From Clostridiales bacterium (lineage in GTDB: Bacteria; Bacillota; Clostridia; Peptostreptococcales; NVVX01), in NCBI GenBank assembly GCA_021129775.1, contig JAJOKP010000012.1, positions 280 through 64,279 on the forward strand: a stretch of 64,000 nt of DNA. Reading direction: 5' to 3'. Below are positions 9,126 through 20,187 of the stretch, in pieces. The number at the start of each line of letters is the position of its first letter. The first letter of the stretch is position 1. A program made the position numbers and the translations under genes. The notes below the pieces were generated by a model. That model was not told the origin of the DNA and ran no database searches. It saw only the letters and a program-made list of their open reading frames with translations.

Positions 9126-11237
9126 TTACTTGTCTTCTTTTTTTCTTTCATTATAAGACTGCTTTGGTAACAGCATTTTTCTTGATAAACTGATTTTCCC
9201 TTGCGGATCAATCTCAATAACCTTCACTTCAATTTCTTGCCCTTCAGCTAAAACGTCTTCAACTTTGTTTATCCTCTCGCGAGCAATATGCGAAATATGC
9301 ACTAATCCTTCTTTACCTGGTAAAATTTCTACAAAAGCACCAAAGTTCATTATTTTTATGACTTTTCCTTTGTATACTTCACCAACAACAGGATCTTTCA
9401 CGATGTTTTCAATTATTTCTTGTGCATTTCTACCAGATTCTTGATCTGGTGCAGATATAAATATTGAACCATCATTTTCTATATCTATTTTGACGCCTGT
9501 CTCATCAATAATTTTATTAATAATCTTACCACCAGCGCCAATAACATCTCTAATTTTTTCGGAATCTATTTTCATCTGAATAATTTTTGGAGCGTAAGGT
9601 GAAAGTTCAGGTTTTGGCTCTGAAATTAAATCTTGCATTTTATTTAGAATGAATAGTCTTCCTACTCTTGCTTGTTCTAGAGCATCTTTTAAGATTTCTC
9701 TGCCTATTCCCTTGATTTTAATATCCATTTGAATTGCCGTTATACCCTTTTGAGTCCCTGCTACTTTAAAATCCATATCTCCTAGGAAATCTTCCATTCC
9801 TAGAATATCTGATAAAATAGCAACTTTTTCTTCTTCTTTAATTAAACCCATTGCAATACCAGCAACCATATTCTTAAGCGGAACGCCTGCATCTAACATA
9901 GCTAATGTGCTACCGCAAACACTTGCCATTGATGATGACCCGTTTGAACTTAGAACTTCAGACACTAACCTAATAGTATAAGGGAATTCATCTCTACTTG
10001 GAATCATCGGCTCTAATGCTCTTTCTGCTAAAGCACCGTGACCTATTTCTCTTCTTCCTGGTCCTCTTATAGGTCTTGTTTCTCCTACGCTAAATGGAGG
10101 GAAATTATAGTGATGCATATATCTCTTAGATTCGTCGTCGCCTAGCCCATCAATTATTTGCACATCGCCTAATGCTCCTAAAGTCGCTATAGTAAGCACC
10201 TGAGTTTGCCCTCTAGTAAATAAACCAGTTCCGTGAGTTCTAGGAAGCAACGAAATATCGCAAGTTATTTCTCTAATTTCATCTAGTTTTCTACCATCTG
10301 GTCTAACACCTTCATCTAAAATCATTCTGCGAATTTCTTCTTTTACAATTTTGCCAAGTAGTTCACTAATATCTTTTAACTGATTTTCATAGTCAGCAGA
10401 AAAAAATTCTTTAGTTTCTTCTTTAACGGCATCAATATTACTGTTTCTTTCTGTTTTTTCTTTTGTCTTAATAGCCTCTATAAGCTTTGCTGTGGCAAAG
10501 CCACGAACTTTACTCTCAATTTCTTCGTCAATCGTGTTAGCATGATATTCTACTTTTTCTTTTCCTACTTCACTAACGATTTCTTCAATAAACTCAACAA
10601 TTTTTTTGATTTCATCATGTGCTAGTAAAATACAGTCTAGCATTTGTTCTTCTGTTAAATCATTTGACATTGCTTCAATCATCATAACTGCATCTTTTGT
10701 ACCTGATACAACTAAATGCAGGTCAGAAATCTCACTTTCTTCACTCGTAGGATTAATTATAGCTTTTCCATCTATCATTCCAACTATTACAGCAGCAGTT
10801 GGCCCCATAAAAGGTATACTAGAAATTGAAAGAGCAATTGATGAGCCTATCATAGCAACAGTTTCTGGAGCATAATCTTGATCTACCGATTGAACAGTAG
10901 CAATAACTTGTACATCATTACGATATCCTTTAGGGAATAATGGTCTAATTGGTCTATCTATTAGACGAGCAGACAACACAGATTTTTCAGAAGGTCTTCC
11001 TTCTCTTTTAATAAAACCACCTGGGATTTTACCTACTGAATACATTTTTTCGGCATATTCAACGTTCAACGGGAAAAAGTCAATTCCCTCACGAGGTTCT
11101 TTAGAAGAACATGCTGTTACCAATATAACCGTATCTCCATATCTTAGAATACAAGCTCCATCAGCAAGTAGTGCTAACTTTCCTACTTCAACCTCGAAAG
11201 CTTTTCCTGCAATTTCTGTTTTAAAAATTTTATGCAT
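9126..11237 (-). CDS. pnp: polyribonucleotide nucleotidyltransferase (PNPase)
   Basis: 703 aa; two RNase PH domains, then KH ([15 protein letters not shown]) and S1 ([20 protein letters not shown]) domains. Confidence 0.97.
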   Translation of the reverse strand: MHKIFKTEIAGKAFEVEVGKLALLADGACILRYGDTVILVTACSSKEPREGIDFFPLNVEYAEKMYSVGKIPGGFIKREGRPSEKSVLSARLIDRPIRPLFPKGYRNDVQVIATVQSVDQDYAPETVAMIGSSIALSISSIPFMGPTAAVIVGMIDGKAIINPTSEESEISDLHLVVSGTKDAVMMIEAMSNDLTEEQMLDCILLAHDEIKKIVEFIEEIVSEVGKEKVEYHANTIDEEIESKVRGFATAKLIEAIKTKEKTERNSNIDAVKEETKEFFSADYENQLKDISELLGKIVKEEIRRMILDEGVRPDGRKLDEIREITCDISLLPRTHGTGLFTRGQTQVLTIATLGALGDVQIIDGLGDDESKRYMHHYNFPPFSVGETRPIRGPGRREIGHGALAERALEPMIPSRDEFPYTIRLVSEVLSSNGSSSMASVCGSTLAMLDAGVPLKNMVAGIAMGLIKEEEKVAILSDILGMEDFLGDMDFKVAGTQKGITAIQMDIKIKGIGREILKDALEQARVGRLFILNKMQDLISEPKPELSPYAPKIIQMKIDSEKIRDVIGAGGKIINKIIDETGVKIDIENDGSIFISAPDQESGRNAQEIIENIVKDPVVGEVYKGKVIKIMNFGAFVEILPGKEGLVHISHIARERINKVEDVLAEGQEIEVKVIEIDPQGKISLSRKMLLPKQSYNERKKEDK

Positions 11238-11298
11238 TTTTACTCCTCCTCTCAGAAGTCAAATAATTTTTATGCAAAATTTCTTAGAATTTAATAAT

Positions 11299-11318
11299 AG
11301 AGCGGGATACCCCGCTCT
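11299..11318 (-). terminator. rpsO terminator / pnp leader hairpin
   Basis: AGAGCGGG-atac-CCCGCTCT, an 8-bp GC-rich stem 5 nt after the rpsO stop, followed on the minus strand by ATTATTAAATT. Confidence 0.6.
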
Positions 11319-11323
11319 TAAAT

Positions 11324-11587
11324 CTATTTTCTTAATCCTAATTTTGCTATTAATTCTCTGTATCTTTCAACATCTTGTGCTTTTACATACTTAAGTAAAT
11401 TTCTTCTTTTTCCTACCATCTTAAGCAATCCTCTTCGTGAATGATGATCTTTTTTATGCATTTTAAGATGATCGTTTAAGTCATTGATTCTTTTTGTAAG
11501 CATAGCTACTTGAACTTCTGGAGAACCAGTGTCTGTTTCATGTAGTTTATATGAATCAATAACGACTTTTTTTTCTTCCAAATTCAT
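11324..11587 (-). CDS. rpsO: 30S ribosomal protein S15
   Basis: [62 protein letters not shown]; RBS GGAGGTGG upstream. The longer ORF in the track is an upstream read-through. Confidence 0.95.
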   Translation of the reverse strand: MNLEEKKVVIDSYKLHETDTGSPEVQVAMLTKRINDLNDHLKMHKKDHHSRRGLLKMVGKRRNLLKYVKAQDVERYRELIAKLGLRK

Positions 11588-11674
11588 ACTTCCACCTCCC
11601 TCTTCTTTATATCCCCGAATTCTAAGTAGATGTTGGTGAATCAAGCTACCGAGAATCGGTTCTTCTAACATCTG

Positions 11675-12613
11675 CTATTCTATCACACCTTGACCATAAT
11701 GTAAATATTTTTTGACACTCTCTACATCCATGCTTAGTTGAGTCTTTAGAGCATCTATATTATCAAATTTGATTTGATTTCTAAGTTTCTTAACAAATTC
11801 TATCCCTATTTTTTTACCGTATAAACTACCATCGTATTCTAGTATGAAGGTTTCAATAGATATTCTATCAGCAGAAAATGTTGGATTCTTTCCTATGCTA
11901 GTTGCTCCAAAATAGGTTTTTCCATCTACATTAACATAAGTCGCATACACTCCTTCTTTTGGAAGTATTTGTTTCTTGTCTATTGAGATATTCGCAGTAG
12001 GAAAGCCTAGTTCTCTTCCTCTTCTTTTGCCCTTTACAACTACTCCTTCTAGCGAAAAATATCTTCTCATAAGTTTTTTCACTTTAGTCATATTACCTTC
12101 TTTAATGTATCTTTTGATAAGTGAGCTACTTACTTTCTCGCTATCTATTTTTACGGGACTTATGACATATAGAGTAAAGTCATATTTTTTACCTAGCTGG
12201 CTTAGTAAGTTAACATCGCCTTCTCCTTTAAAACCAAACCTAAAATCAAATCCAACGACAACAATTTTAGCATGTAACTTTTCAACTAAAACTTCCTCCA
12301 TAAATTCTTGTGGGTTTAATTTCATTATTCGTTTGTCGAATTTTTCATACACTACTGTATCAATACTTAATGACTCAAAAATCTTGTTTTTTATATCAAA
12401 ATTTGTGATTTGCGAAGGTATAACGTTGTTAATTATTGACAAGGGATGATTATCAAATGTATAAATGCAAGATTCGATTTTGAGTGCATTGCATTTATCT
12501 ACAAGAGTGTTTAGTAATTCTTGGTGCCCAATATGAATACCATCAAAGTTTCCAAGAGCAACTCCTCTAGCTATACTAGTATTAATTTGTGCATTTTCTT
12601 TGATTATATTCAT
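11675..12613 (-). CDS. ribF: bifunctional riboflavin kinase / FMN adenylyltransferase
   Basis: 312 aa; GNFDGIHIGHQ nucleotidyltransferase motif and a C-terminal riboflavin kinase region (GFPTANI). Confidence 0.92.
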   Translation of the reverse strand: MNIIKENAQINTSIARGVALGNFDGIHIGHQELLNTLVDKCNALKIESCIYTFDNHPLSIINNVIPSQITNFDIKNKIFESLSIDTVVYEKFDKRIMKLNPQEFMEEVLVEKLHAKIVVVGFDFRFGFKGEGDVNLLSQLGKKYDFTLYVISPVKIDSEKVSSSLIKRYIKEGNMTKVKKLMRRYFSLEGVVVKGKRRGRELGFPTANISIDKKQILPKEGVYATYVNVDGKTYFGATSIGKNPTFSADRISIETFILEYDGSLYGKKIGIEFVKKLRNQIKFDNIDALKTQLSMDVESVKKYLHYGQGVIE

Positions 12614-12646
12614 CAGGATACTCCTTTTAGGCTATGTTGTATACAC

Positions 12647-13552
12647 CTATACAAATAGCTTTGCAAATTTTATATAGTCTTTATCTTTATTATCTTTTTT
12701 CATCGTTGCAATTCCAATAAATTTATCTTCTAAATATATCCTTAATGTGTCTCCTATTAAAATATTCAAATCTCTATTTAAAAAATCTAAATAGGAAATT
12801 CTAGCTCCATTAAGAGCTAGTTTAGCTACTCTTGGATTAATATCTATTCTGCCCAGATGTAACAAAGGGAAGTCTATAGGAAGTATATATTTTTCTACCT
12901 CTTTTGACTGTCTAAGTTCTTCTAATGTAACTGAAGTTGATAAGTCAAATGGACCTGTCTTTGTTCTAAGCAAGAAAGACATAATTCCACCACAACCTAA
13001 TTTCTCCCCTATATCATGACATAGGGTTCTTATATATGTTCCTTTTGAGCAAATTACGTCAAATATCACTTTATTCCCTTTTATGTATATAACATCAATG
13101 CTACTTACATGTATAAATCTAGTTTTTCTTTCAATTTTAATGCCTTTTCTTGCTAATTCATACAATTTTTTCCCATTAATTCTTACTGCTGAGTACATAG
13201 GAGGAATTTGATTAGAATCACCTACGAAGCTAAGGACTGCATTTTTTATAGACTCAGCGTCAATATCCACTTCTTTTTGATGGGTAATATTACCATAACT
13301 GTCTTGAGTATCAGAAGTAAACCCTAAGGTTAGTTCAGCTCTATAACACTTAATAGAATCTAGTAGGAATTGAGAAACTTTAGTCCCTTGCCCAACACAA
13401 ATAGGTAATACGCCTGCTGCGTTAGGATCTAGGGTGCCTGTGTGCCCTACTCTTTTCATGTTTAGTGTTTTCCTCACAAATGAAACGACATCGTGGGATG
13501 TCATACCAGGTGGCTTTAGTACATTTATTATTCCATTAAATTTCTTCACCAA
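12647..13552 (-). CDS. truB: tRNA pseudouridine(55) synthase
   Basis: 301 aa; NVLKPPGMTSHDVV and catalytic GHTGTLDPNAAGVLP motifs. Confidence 0.93.
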   Translation of the reverse strand: MVKKFNGIINVLKPPGMTSHDVVSFVRKTLNMKRVGHTGTLDPNAAGVLPICVGQGTKVSQFLLDSIKCYRAELTLGFTSDTQDSYGNITHQKEVDIDAESIKNAVLSFVGDSNQIPPMYSAVRINGKKLYELARKGIKIERKTRFIHVSSIDVIYIKGNKVIFDVICSKGTYIRTLCHDIGEKLGCGGIMSFLLRTKTGPFDLSTSVTLEELRQSKEVEKYILPIDFPLLHLGRIDINPRVAKLALNGARISYLDFLNRDLNILIGDTLRIYLEDKFIGIATMKKDNKDKDYIKFAKLFV

Positions 13553-13569
13553 TTCATGCCTTCCTTGCT

Positions 13570-14529
13570 CTATCTAAAAGATTTTTCTACTGAAGCAACT
13601 AATTTTTCCTTTGCTTCTTTTAAACTGCTAAAAATAATTGCACCTGCGGCTTTCTTATGCCCACCGCCACCAAATTGGTTTGTTAAATAGTTTACATCAA
13701 AACGTTTTTTTGATCTAGCGCTTACTTTCACCTTGTTTTTTTCAAACTCGTATAAAGTAATAGCAACTTCTACTCCACTAATATCACGTGCGTAATCAAT
13801 CATACCGCTAGTATCTAAATAGCTTGCATTATATTTTGATAATTGCTTATCTGTAAAGGAAATAATTGCAAGCCTCTTATCAAGATAAAAATCAATGCTT
13901 TCTAAGACATTTCCTAAGAGTTTTATTGAGTTCAAACTCTTATTTTGATAAAGATGATATGATATATCCTCAATATCGACACCATGTTCTAATAATTTTG
14001 AAGCTATATAGTAAGTTCTTGATGTTGTATTTATGTATGTAAAATTGCCAGTGTCTGACATTAAACCTGTGTGCAAGCAAGTTGCAATGTCTCTATCAAT
14101 TGGAATTTCTAAATCATTTTCTAGGACATTATAAATTATTTCACTAGTTGAAGATGCATCTAAATCTACAATATTAATGTCACCAAAATTCTCATTGCTT
14201 ATATGGTGATCAATGTTTACAATTGTTTTGCTAACCTCAAATAATTTTTCACCATTCTTTACCCTACTTTTACTTCCGCAATCTAATACAAAGCAAATAT
14301 CAAATTTAGAGTGCTTTTTAACATCAAATACAGTAAGATGTTCTTTGGCTGGTAGAAAGAATAATTTCTTAGGCAGAGAATCGTTTAATATAGTAACAAC
14401 TTGCTTATTAACCTTTCTTAGTGCTAGTCCTAACGCTAATATCGAACTAACACTATCACCATCTGGATTCACATGTGCAATAATTGCAATTTCATTGCTT
14501 TCGTTGATAAGTTTCAGTAATCTATTCAT
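13570..14529 (-). CDS. nrnA: DHH/DHHA1 phosphoesterase (NrnA-like oligoribonuclease / pAp phosphatase)
   Basis: HVNPDGDS, IDHH and GGGHKKAAG motifs. Start chosen at MNRLLKLINE; it overlaps the rbfA stop by 8 nt. Confidence 0.85.
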   Translation of the reverse strand: MNRLLKLINESNEIAIIAHVNPDGDSVSSILALGLALRKVNKQVVTILNDSLPKKLFFLPAKEHLTVFDVKKHSKFDICFVLDCGSKSRVKNGEKLFEVSKTIVNIDHHISNENFGDINIVDLDASSTSEIIYNVLENDLEIPIDRDIATCLHTGLMSDTGNFTYINTTSRTYYIASKLLEHGVDIEDISYHLYQNKSLNSIKLLGNVLESIDFYLDKRLAIISFTDKQLSKYNASYLDTSGMIDYARDISGVEVAITLYEFEKNKVKVSARSKKRFDVNYLTNQFGGGGHKKAAGAIIFSSLKEAKEKLVASVEKSFR

Positions 14530-14896
14530 TATCCGTATCCTTACTTTCATTTTGCGCCCGATACTTTGAAAGAGTTTCGAAAATTTCAAAACTCTTTTCA
14601 ATTGAAGTATCCATCTTAAAAATAACTTCAGGTACAATGCGTAATTTTACTTTCTTACCGATTTCTTTTCTCAAATATCCGCTAGCTTTTTTAAGTCCTT
14701 CAAGTGTTTCTCTTTTTTCTTTATCTGATCCTAATACACTAATATAGACTGTAACGTAACTAAGATCCCTCGTCACATCTACATCTACAATACTAGTCAT
14801 AGATGCAATCCTAGGGTCTTTTAAATCAGTCCTAATAGTACTGCTAATTACTTTTTTTACTTCTTCATTAATTCTATTTGTTCTAGGATATGCCAT
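14522..14896 (-). CDS. rbfA: ribosome-binding factor A
   Basis: MAYPRTNRINEEVKKVISSTIRTDLKDPRI..SIVDVDVTRDLSYVTVYIS; located between infB and nrnA. Confidence 0.92.
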   Translation of the reverse strand: MAYPRTNRINEEVKKVISSTIRTDLKDPRIASMTSIVDVDVTRDLSYVTVYISVLGSDKEKRETLEGLKKASGYLRKEIGKKVKLRIVPEVIFKMDTSIEKSFEIFETLSKYRAQNESKDTDNE

Positions 14897-14932
14897 GCCT
14901 ATCACACTTTCTAATATTATTTTTAAAGTCTA

Positions 14933-16978
14933 TTATCTCTTCATAGTCTCTCTTTCTTTTTCTTTCATTTGATATGCTTCTATAACGTCACCATCTTTTA
15001 CGTCATTAAAATTTTCGATACCAATACCGCATTCGTATCCTGTAGCGACTTCTTTAGCATCGTCTTTAAATCTTTTAAGTGAACTGATGCTACCTTCGTG
15101 AATAACTACACCATCTCTTACAAGCCTAACTACTGCATTTCTTAAGATTTTACCTTCTGTAACGTAGCAACCAGCAATTAGTCCAATATTAGGAACTTTA
15201 AAGGTAGCTCTAACAGATGCTTTCCCTAATTCTTCTTCATAATATTCAGGGTCTAGCATTCCAATCATCGCTGATTCAATATCGTCAATAGCATTGTATA
15301 TTACTCGGTACATTCTTAAGTCAACATTTTCTCTGCTAGCTAAGCTTGCAGCAGTTGAAGTTGGGCGCACATTAAATCCAATTATTATAGCATTAGATGC
15401 AGCAGCTAGCATAACATCGGACTCTGTTATTGCTCCAACTCCACCATGAATAGATTTTATAACTACTTCTTCAGTCGATAATTTATTTAAGGATTGTCTT
15501 ACAGCCTCAATAGAACCTTGAACATCAGCCTTAACAATTACGTTTAGCTCTTTAATTTTGCCCTCTTTCATTTGCCCAAATAGTGCATCCAAAGAAATTC
15601 TTTGGCTTTTCCTTAAATCGTCTTCTTTAATTTTATTTTTTCTCTTTTCAACAATTTCTCTTGCCTTTTTATCAGTTTCAACAGCAAGCAAAATATCTCC
15701 CGCTTCTGGAACTTCAGAGAGCCCATTAATTTCTACAGCAGTTGATGGTTCAGCTATTTTAATTCTTCTTCCTCTGTCGTTGAGCATAGCTCTAACCCTT
15801 CCACAAGTTGTTCCAACAACAACAGAATCACCGATTTTTAGTGTTCCCTTTTGTATAAGTACAGTAGCAACTGCACCTTTTCCTTTATCAATATGTGCTT
15901 CAATAACAATAGCAGCAGCATTTCTATTTGGATTAGCTTTTAAATCTTCCATTTCTGCAACTATTAAAATCATCTCTAAAAGACCATCAATATTTAGCCT
16001 CTTCAAAGCAGAAACTTCAACACATATCACATCTCCGCCCCATTCTTCAATCAAAACTCCATGTTCACTTAATTCTTGTTTCACTCTATCGGCATTGACA
16101 CCTTGTTTGTCAATTTTATTTATTGCAACAATGATTGGAACTTTTGCCGCCTTTGCATGATTAATTGCTTCAATAGTCTGCGGCATAACACCATCGTCAG
16201 CTGCTACAACTAAAATTGCTATATCTGTTACCTTAGCTCCTCTAGCTCTCATTGATGTAAAGGCTTCATGTCCTGGAGTATCAAGAAAAATAATCTTTTT
16301 ATCATTTATTACAACTTCAGAAGCACCAATATGTTGAGTTATTCCACCTGCTTCTTTTTCCATAACTTTGGTTTCTCTTATTGCATCTAATAACGAGGTT
16401 TTCCCATGATCTACGTGTCCCATAACCGTTACAACAGGCGGTCTTACGGCTAGGTCGCATTCCTTATCAGTATGCACACATATATCATTTTCTTCATCTT
16501 CAATGTCTTCTTCTAACAGTTCAACCTCTATCTCAAATCCAGATGCGATTGTTTCACAAGTTTCATAATCGATCTCATTATTCATCGAAGCCATAACACC
16601 TATATTTATAAGTTTAGATATTACTTCATTAACTTTCTTCCCAAGTAGTTCTGCAAAATCTTTTACTATTATTTTACTTCCAATTTTAATTGTTTTTTTA
16701 GTACTTTCTTTCTTTGATTCCTGCTTGTTAGGCATTTTCGATTTCTTCTCATCTATCTTTTTTTCGTTTTTGGTATTTTGTTCTTTTTTTACTTCAGCGT
16801 TATCTTTTATGATAGTTTTTCCTCCAGTTAATAATTCTATAACAATTCCAGCGTCTTCCTCACTTATTGAACTCATATGATTTTTCACTTCAACTGATAA
16901 ATCTTTCAAGTGTTCCACTAACTTTTTACTGCTAATTTCCAAATCTTTTGCCAATTGATATACTCTTACTTTCGACAA
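14933..16978 (-). CDS. infB: translation initiation factor IF-2
   Basis: 681 aa; GTPase motifs [17 protein letters not shown] and NKID; TTG start after a GGGGGTG RBS. Confidence 0.97.
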   Translation of the reverse strand: MSKVRVYQLAKDLEISSKKLVEHLKDLSVEVKNHMSSISEEDAGIVIELLTGGKTIIKDNAEVKKEQNTKNEKKIDEKKSKMPNKQESKKESTKKTIKIGSKIIVKDFAELLGKKVNEVISKLINIGVMASMNNEIDYETCETIASGFEIEVELLEEDIEDEENDICVHTDKECDLAVRPPVVTVMGHVDHGKTSLLDAIRETKVMEKEAGGITQHIGASEVVINDKKIIFLDTPGHEAFTSMRARGAKVTDIAILVVAADDGVMPQTIEAINHAKAAKVPIIVAINKIDKQGVNADRVKQELSEHGVLIEEWGGDVICVEVSALKRLNIDGLLEMILIVAEMEDLKANPNRNAAAIVIEAHIDKGKGAVATVLIQKGTLKIGDSVVVGTTCGRVRAMLNDRGRRIKIAEPSTAVEINGLSEVPEAGDILLAVETDKKAREIVEKRKNKIKEDDLRKSQRISLDALFGQMKEGKIKELNVIVKADVQGSIEAVRQSLNKLSTEEVVIKSIHGGVGAITESDVMLAAASNAIIIGFNVRPTSTAASLASRENVDLRMYRVIYNAIDDIESAMIGMLDPEYYEEELGKASVRATFKVPNIGLIAGCYVTEGKILRNAVVRLVRDGVVIHEGSISSLKRFKDDAKEVATGYECGIGIENFNDVKDGDVIEAYQMKEKERETMKR

Positions 16979-17002
16979 GCTTACACCCCCAAAAATTTGA
17001 TT

Positions 17003-17311
17003 TTATTCTACTGCATCAATGTACTCGATTAATTTCCTTGCAAATCCTATGTCTTTTATAGCTATGGTAGCTCTATCACTTTTTCCTATGTTATCGCCTA
17101 AAGTGCTCTTAGTACCATAGACTCTATAAGGTATGTTTCTAAACATCGTTTTGTTTTTAAATAGTTTCTTAGTATTAGCCGAAGCATCTTTTGCAACAAT
17201 TACTAAATAGACACTATTCTTTTTTACATGGATTAAGCAAGTACTTTCTCCTGTAACAACATTTCCTGATTTCATTGCGAATCCAAGTAAAGAAAAAATC
17301 TTATCTTTCAT
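17003..17311 (-). CDS. L7Ae/L30e family RNA-binding protein (YlxQ-like)
   Basis: 102 aa; LLGFAMKSGNVVTGE...LVIVAKDAS pattern; conserved position between ylxR and infB. Confidence 0.8.
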   Translation of the reverse strand: MKDKIFSLLGFAMKSGNVVTGESTCLIHVKKNSVYLVIVAKDASANTKKLFKNKTMFRNIPYRVYGTKSTLGDNIGKSDRATIAIKDIGFARKLIEYIDAVE

Positions 17312-17573
17312 TCTCTTTAATCTCCAATTCTAAATGGTTGTATACTTCTTCAGAAACTTGCTTTTTAAATACTCTGTTCAATGCTTTGGTTTTTCTGGCT
17401 TTTTCAAAGCAGGCGTTTGAGTAGCAGACATACGCTCCGCGTCCATCTTTTTTTCCTGTTTTATCAATAGTAACTTCTCCTAATTTATTGCAAACTATTC
17501 TAAGAAGTTCTCTCTTATGTTTCATTTCGTTACAACTAACACACTTTCTAAGTGGCGCTTTCCTCTTCTTCAT
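17301..17573 (-). CDS. YlxR/RnpM family (DUF448) RNA-binding protein
   Basis: 90 aa; PLRKCVSCNEMKHKRELLRIV...DGRGAYVC; directly downstream of nusA. Confidence 0.85.
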   Translation of the reverse strand: MKKRKAPLRKCVSCNEMKHKRELLRIVCNKLGEVTIDKTGKKDGRGAYVCYSNACFEKARKTKALNRVFKKQVSEEVYNHLELEIKENER

Positions 17574-18624
17574 CAGAACACCTCACTTTATCTACCACTT
17601 GTAATTCACTCTTTATGTCTATTTTCCATCCGGTTAACTTAGCTGCTAATCTAACATTCTGACCTTCTTTACCAATTGCCAGAGACAGCTGATAATCAGG
17701 TACTACAACCCTTGCAGCTTTGCCACCTTCATCAATCTTCACGGAAACAACCTTAGCTGGTCGTAGCGCATTTGAAATAAATATAGTTGAATCTTGACTA
17801 TATTCTATAATATCAATTTTTTCTCCTCTTAATTCTTCTACTACTGACTCCACTCTATTTCCTTGTGCTCCAACGCAAGCGCCTACAGCATCGACTTCTT
17901 GATTTTTTGATTCCACGGCAATTTTCGTTCTAGAGCCAGGTTCTCTTGATATACTCTTAATTTCTACTGTTCCTTCATGAATCTCGGGTACTTCAAGTTC
18001 GAATAATCTTTTAATTAGCCCTGGATGGGTTCTTGAAACAGCAATTTGAGGACCTTTAGTTGTGTTTTTCACTTCTGTTATATATGTCTTAATTCGATCC
18101 CCATGATTGTATTTATCACTAGACATTTGCTCGCTTTGCGCTAATATCGCCTCAATTTCCCCAATATTTACAAATACTACTCCTTTTGAAACCCTCGCCA
18201 CCTTTCCAGTAATAATATCAGACTCTCTATTTACAAACTCTTCAAATATTACTGTCCTCTCCGCTTCCCTAATTCTTTGGACAACGACTTGTTTTGCAGT
18301 TTGCGCAGCGATTCGTCCAAAATTGCTAGGCGTAACCTCATTCTCCACAATATCCTCAAGGCTATAATTAGGATTGATCTTTTTAGCTTCACTTAATGAC
18401 ACCTCCAGTAGCTCGTCCTCTACTTCTTCTACAATACGTTTTTGTGAATACACCCGAATTTCGCCCGTATCTTGATTAATATCCACCTTAACATTTTGTG
18501 ATGTGCCAAAATTTCTTTTATAACTTGAAATTAAGGCCGCTTCTATTGTTTCAATTAATATATCTTTTGGTATTCCTTTATCCTTTTGAATTTGTTCAAG
18601 AGCACTGATAAATTCAGCATTCAT
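17548..18624 (-). CDS. nusA: transcription termination/antitermination factor NusA
   Basis: 358 aa; N-terminal domain, S1 (GKVARVSKGVVFVNIGEIEAIL), and two KH domains (AVGACVGAQGNRV, LAIGKEGQNVRLA). Confidence 0.97.
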   Translation of the reverse strand: MNAEFISALEQIQKDKGIPKDILIETIEAALISSYKRNFGTSQNVKVDINQDTGEIRVYSQKRIVEEVEDELLEVSLSEAKKINPNYSLEDIVENEVTPSNFGRIAAQTAKQVVVQRIREAERTVIFEEFVNRESDIITGKVARVSKGVVFVNIGEIEAILAQSEQMSSDKYNHGDRIKTYITEVKNTTKGPQIAVSRTHPGLIKRLFELEVPEIHEGTVEIKSISREPGSRTKIAVESKNQEVDAVGACVGAQGNRVESVVEELRGEKIDIIEYSQDSTIFISNALRPAKVVSVKIDEGGKAARVVVPDYQLSLAIGKEGQNVRLAAKLTGWKIDIKSELQVVDKVRCSDEEEESAT

Positions 18625-18628
18625 TCCA

Positions 18629-19102
18629 TTATCCCTCCCTAAAATTTAATAGTAGTCGCGTTAATGCGACTTTTTCTTTTTCTATTTCAAACACATCTCC
18701 ATCTTCAAGTTTGATGCTTATTTTCCCTTCAATTAATCCAATTAATTCTCCTTCTATCATTTTATTGCCTTCAATTGGTTTATAAAGTTTCAGTTCAATG
18801 TTTTTACCTATGTATTTAGTAAAATCGCTTTCTTTCTTAAGCGGTCTATCTAAACCTGGTGATGAAACTTCTAAAAAGTAGCTTTCTTCAATGGAATCTA
18901 ATTCATCAAGTCTAGCACTTACTTGTTTGCTCACTAATTGACAATCATCAAGTGAAATTCCACCTTCTTTATCAATAAATACTCTTAAGTATCTACTCGG
19001 ACCTTCCTTTTTAAACTCAACATCAACTAGCTCAAAATTCTCAGCATTCGTTATTGGTTTAACAATTCCCTCTACTAATTTCTCTACCTTGTTTTGCGCC
19101 AC
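18629..19102 (-). CDS. rimP: ribosome maturation factor RimP
   Basis: 157 aa; ..YLRVFIDKEGGISLDDCQLVS..LEVSSPGLDRPLK; GTG start after AAGAGGAGGGG. Confidence 0.92.
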   Translation of the reverse strand: MAQNKVEKLVEGIVKPITNAENFELVDVEFKKEGPSRYLRVFIDKEGGISLDDCQLVSKQVSARLDELDSIEESYFLEVSSPGLDRPLKKESDFTKYIGKNIELKLYKPIEGNKMIEGELIGLIEGKISIKLEDGDVFEIEKEKVALTRLLLNFREG

Positions 19103-19140
19103 GATACCCCTCCTCTTAATAATTAATTGAAAATTTAAAT

Positions 19141-19169
19141 ATTCTATTTTTTAAAAATTCATTCATCAA
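19141..19169 (-). promoter_or_regulatory. candidate sigma-A promoter of the rimP-nusA-infB operon
   Basis: Minus strand: TTGATG, 17 nt, TAGAAT, about 35 nt upstream of the rimP RBS. The background is AT-rich, so the specificity is weak. Confidence 0.3.
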
Positions 19170-19250
19170 GTTAGATACATATATATTTTTATATTCTACA
19201 CATTATTATAGAAGACAGAGCTTCTACTTTTAAAGACACATCTTCATCCT

Positions 19251-19284
19251 AAAAAAACACGAAGAGTGGGCAAAATCCCACTCT
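19251..19284 (-). terminator. intrinsic terminator closing the accessory island
   Basis: Minus strand: AGAGTGGG-attttg-CCCACTCT, followed by TCGTGTTTTTTT. Confidence 0.7.
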
Positions 19285-19374
19285 CAGTCTTTAAATCATG
19301 TTATGCTTATATATTAACACAATGAATGTGCCGTGTAAATAGTTGTTTTTAAAATAGTTATGTCAAAACATATA

Positions 19375-19770
19375 CTATTCTGCACTCTTTCTAAATACAA
19401 ATAAGTACTCATGTGCAATTAGGAGGAAGTTATAGTCTATACTCTTCTTGTACCAGAAACCTGCCGCCTTGCAATTATGTTGTTCTTTAACTATTGTTTC
19501 CTTAAGCACAAATCCTATGCCTAAAAATTTTTGCATCACTTTAAATCCTAATGGTAGCGTATGTTTGTTTCTTCTTGTGTCACCAATTAGAATATCACAA
19601 TATGATTCCTTTTTCAAAATCCGATGCGCTTCTTCTGCGACTTTTCCCATTTCTTTTACAAATTCCTCAATATCAAAGTGAGATAAATCACCTTTTAAAC
19701 CATCGCTATATTTAATAATATTAGCGTATGGTGGATGGGTACAAATAAGATCAATACTTTTATTACTTGG
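19375..19770 (-). pseudogene. 5'-truncated DNA methyltransferase fragment (paralog of the 20306-21052 gene)
   Basis: Reads PSNKSIDLICTHPPYANIIKYSDGLKGDLSHFDIEEFVKEMGKVAEEAHRILKK..KEQHNCKAAGFWYKKSIDYNFLLIAHEYLFVFRK. This is collinear with residues ~135 to the end of the neighbouring methylase. It lacks the FxGxG half and is preceded by TAA TAA. Confidence 0.8.
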
Positions 19771-19867
19771 TTATTATGATATATTGCCCTGTTCGACTAT
19801 TAGCATTGGCATCTGTTAGTTTTGTTAGGTTTCCTAATGCATCATATTCGTAGTTATAAAAAGACCG
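19763..19867 (-). other. isolated RHS/YD-repeat-like coding scrap
   Basis: Reads RSFYNYEYDALGNLTKLTDANANSRTGQYIIITK*. This matches the YxYDxxGNLxxxxDxxG repeat signature. There is a single repeat, no start codon and no flanking Rhs gene. Confidence 0.35.
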
Positions 19868-19879
19868 GGAATTGAGGTT

Positions 19880-20187
19880 ATATAGAATTATCAATCCCTA
19901 TAACGTATCCATCAGATCTCCCCGGGTAAGACTTCAATCTTTCTTTCCATATATCTGCCACATTTACTCCTATAGCTTTTCGTGTGACTGGACTTTGTTT
20001 TGTTTAGCAAACTAATCCAACTACAGTAAGCCTCAAATGTGATTCGTGTACCTCAGACCGGAAATTTGCTCATCAAGCTTCCTTCAGATTCGCAGTCACC
20101 CACGACACCCTTGCTCTTGGCTAACGCTTACGTCACCTTCAGCGTTCGGGACTTTCACCCTATAGATTGCACCCATGCCGGGCACAC
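19880..20187 (-). mobile_element. group II intron (class C / IIC) 5' fragment: domain I and start of domain II, with no IEP ORF and no domains V/VI
   Basis: Minus strand: GTGTGCCCGGCATGGGTGCAATCTATAGGGTGAAAGTCCCGAACGC..CAAGGGTGTCGTGGGTGAC..GAATCTGAAGGAAGC..AACAAAACAAAGTCC..CTTACCCGGGGAGATCTG. It is near-collinear with the Oceanobacillus iheyensis IIC intron 5' end as I remember it, and it begins 7 nt after a terminator hairpin. Confidence 0.75.

Noticed and set aside
9090-9128. Short tandem TATAGT x3 / TAGTTA repeats after the pnp stop; possible CRISPR or VNTR
   Set aside because: It covers only about 18-35 nt with no spacer-repeat architecture. It is low-complexity AT-rich sequence. I saw no CRISPR array anywhere in the window.
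11588-11674. Possible structured S15 autoregulatory leader upstream of rpsO (AGATGTT..AACATCT and CCGA..TCGG pairings)
   Set aside because: The pairings are short, and I cannot match them to the known Firmicute S15 leader fold from memory. This needs a covariance-model scan before it can be claimed.
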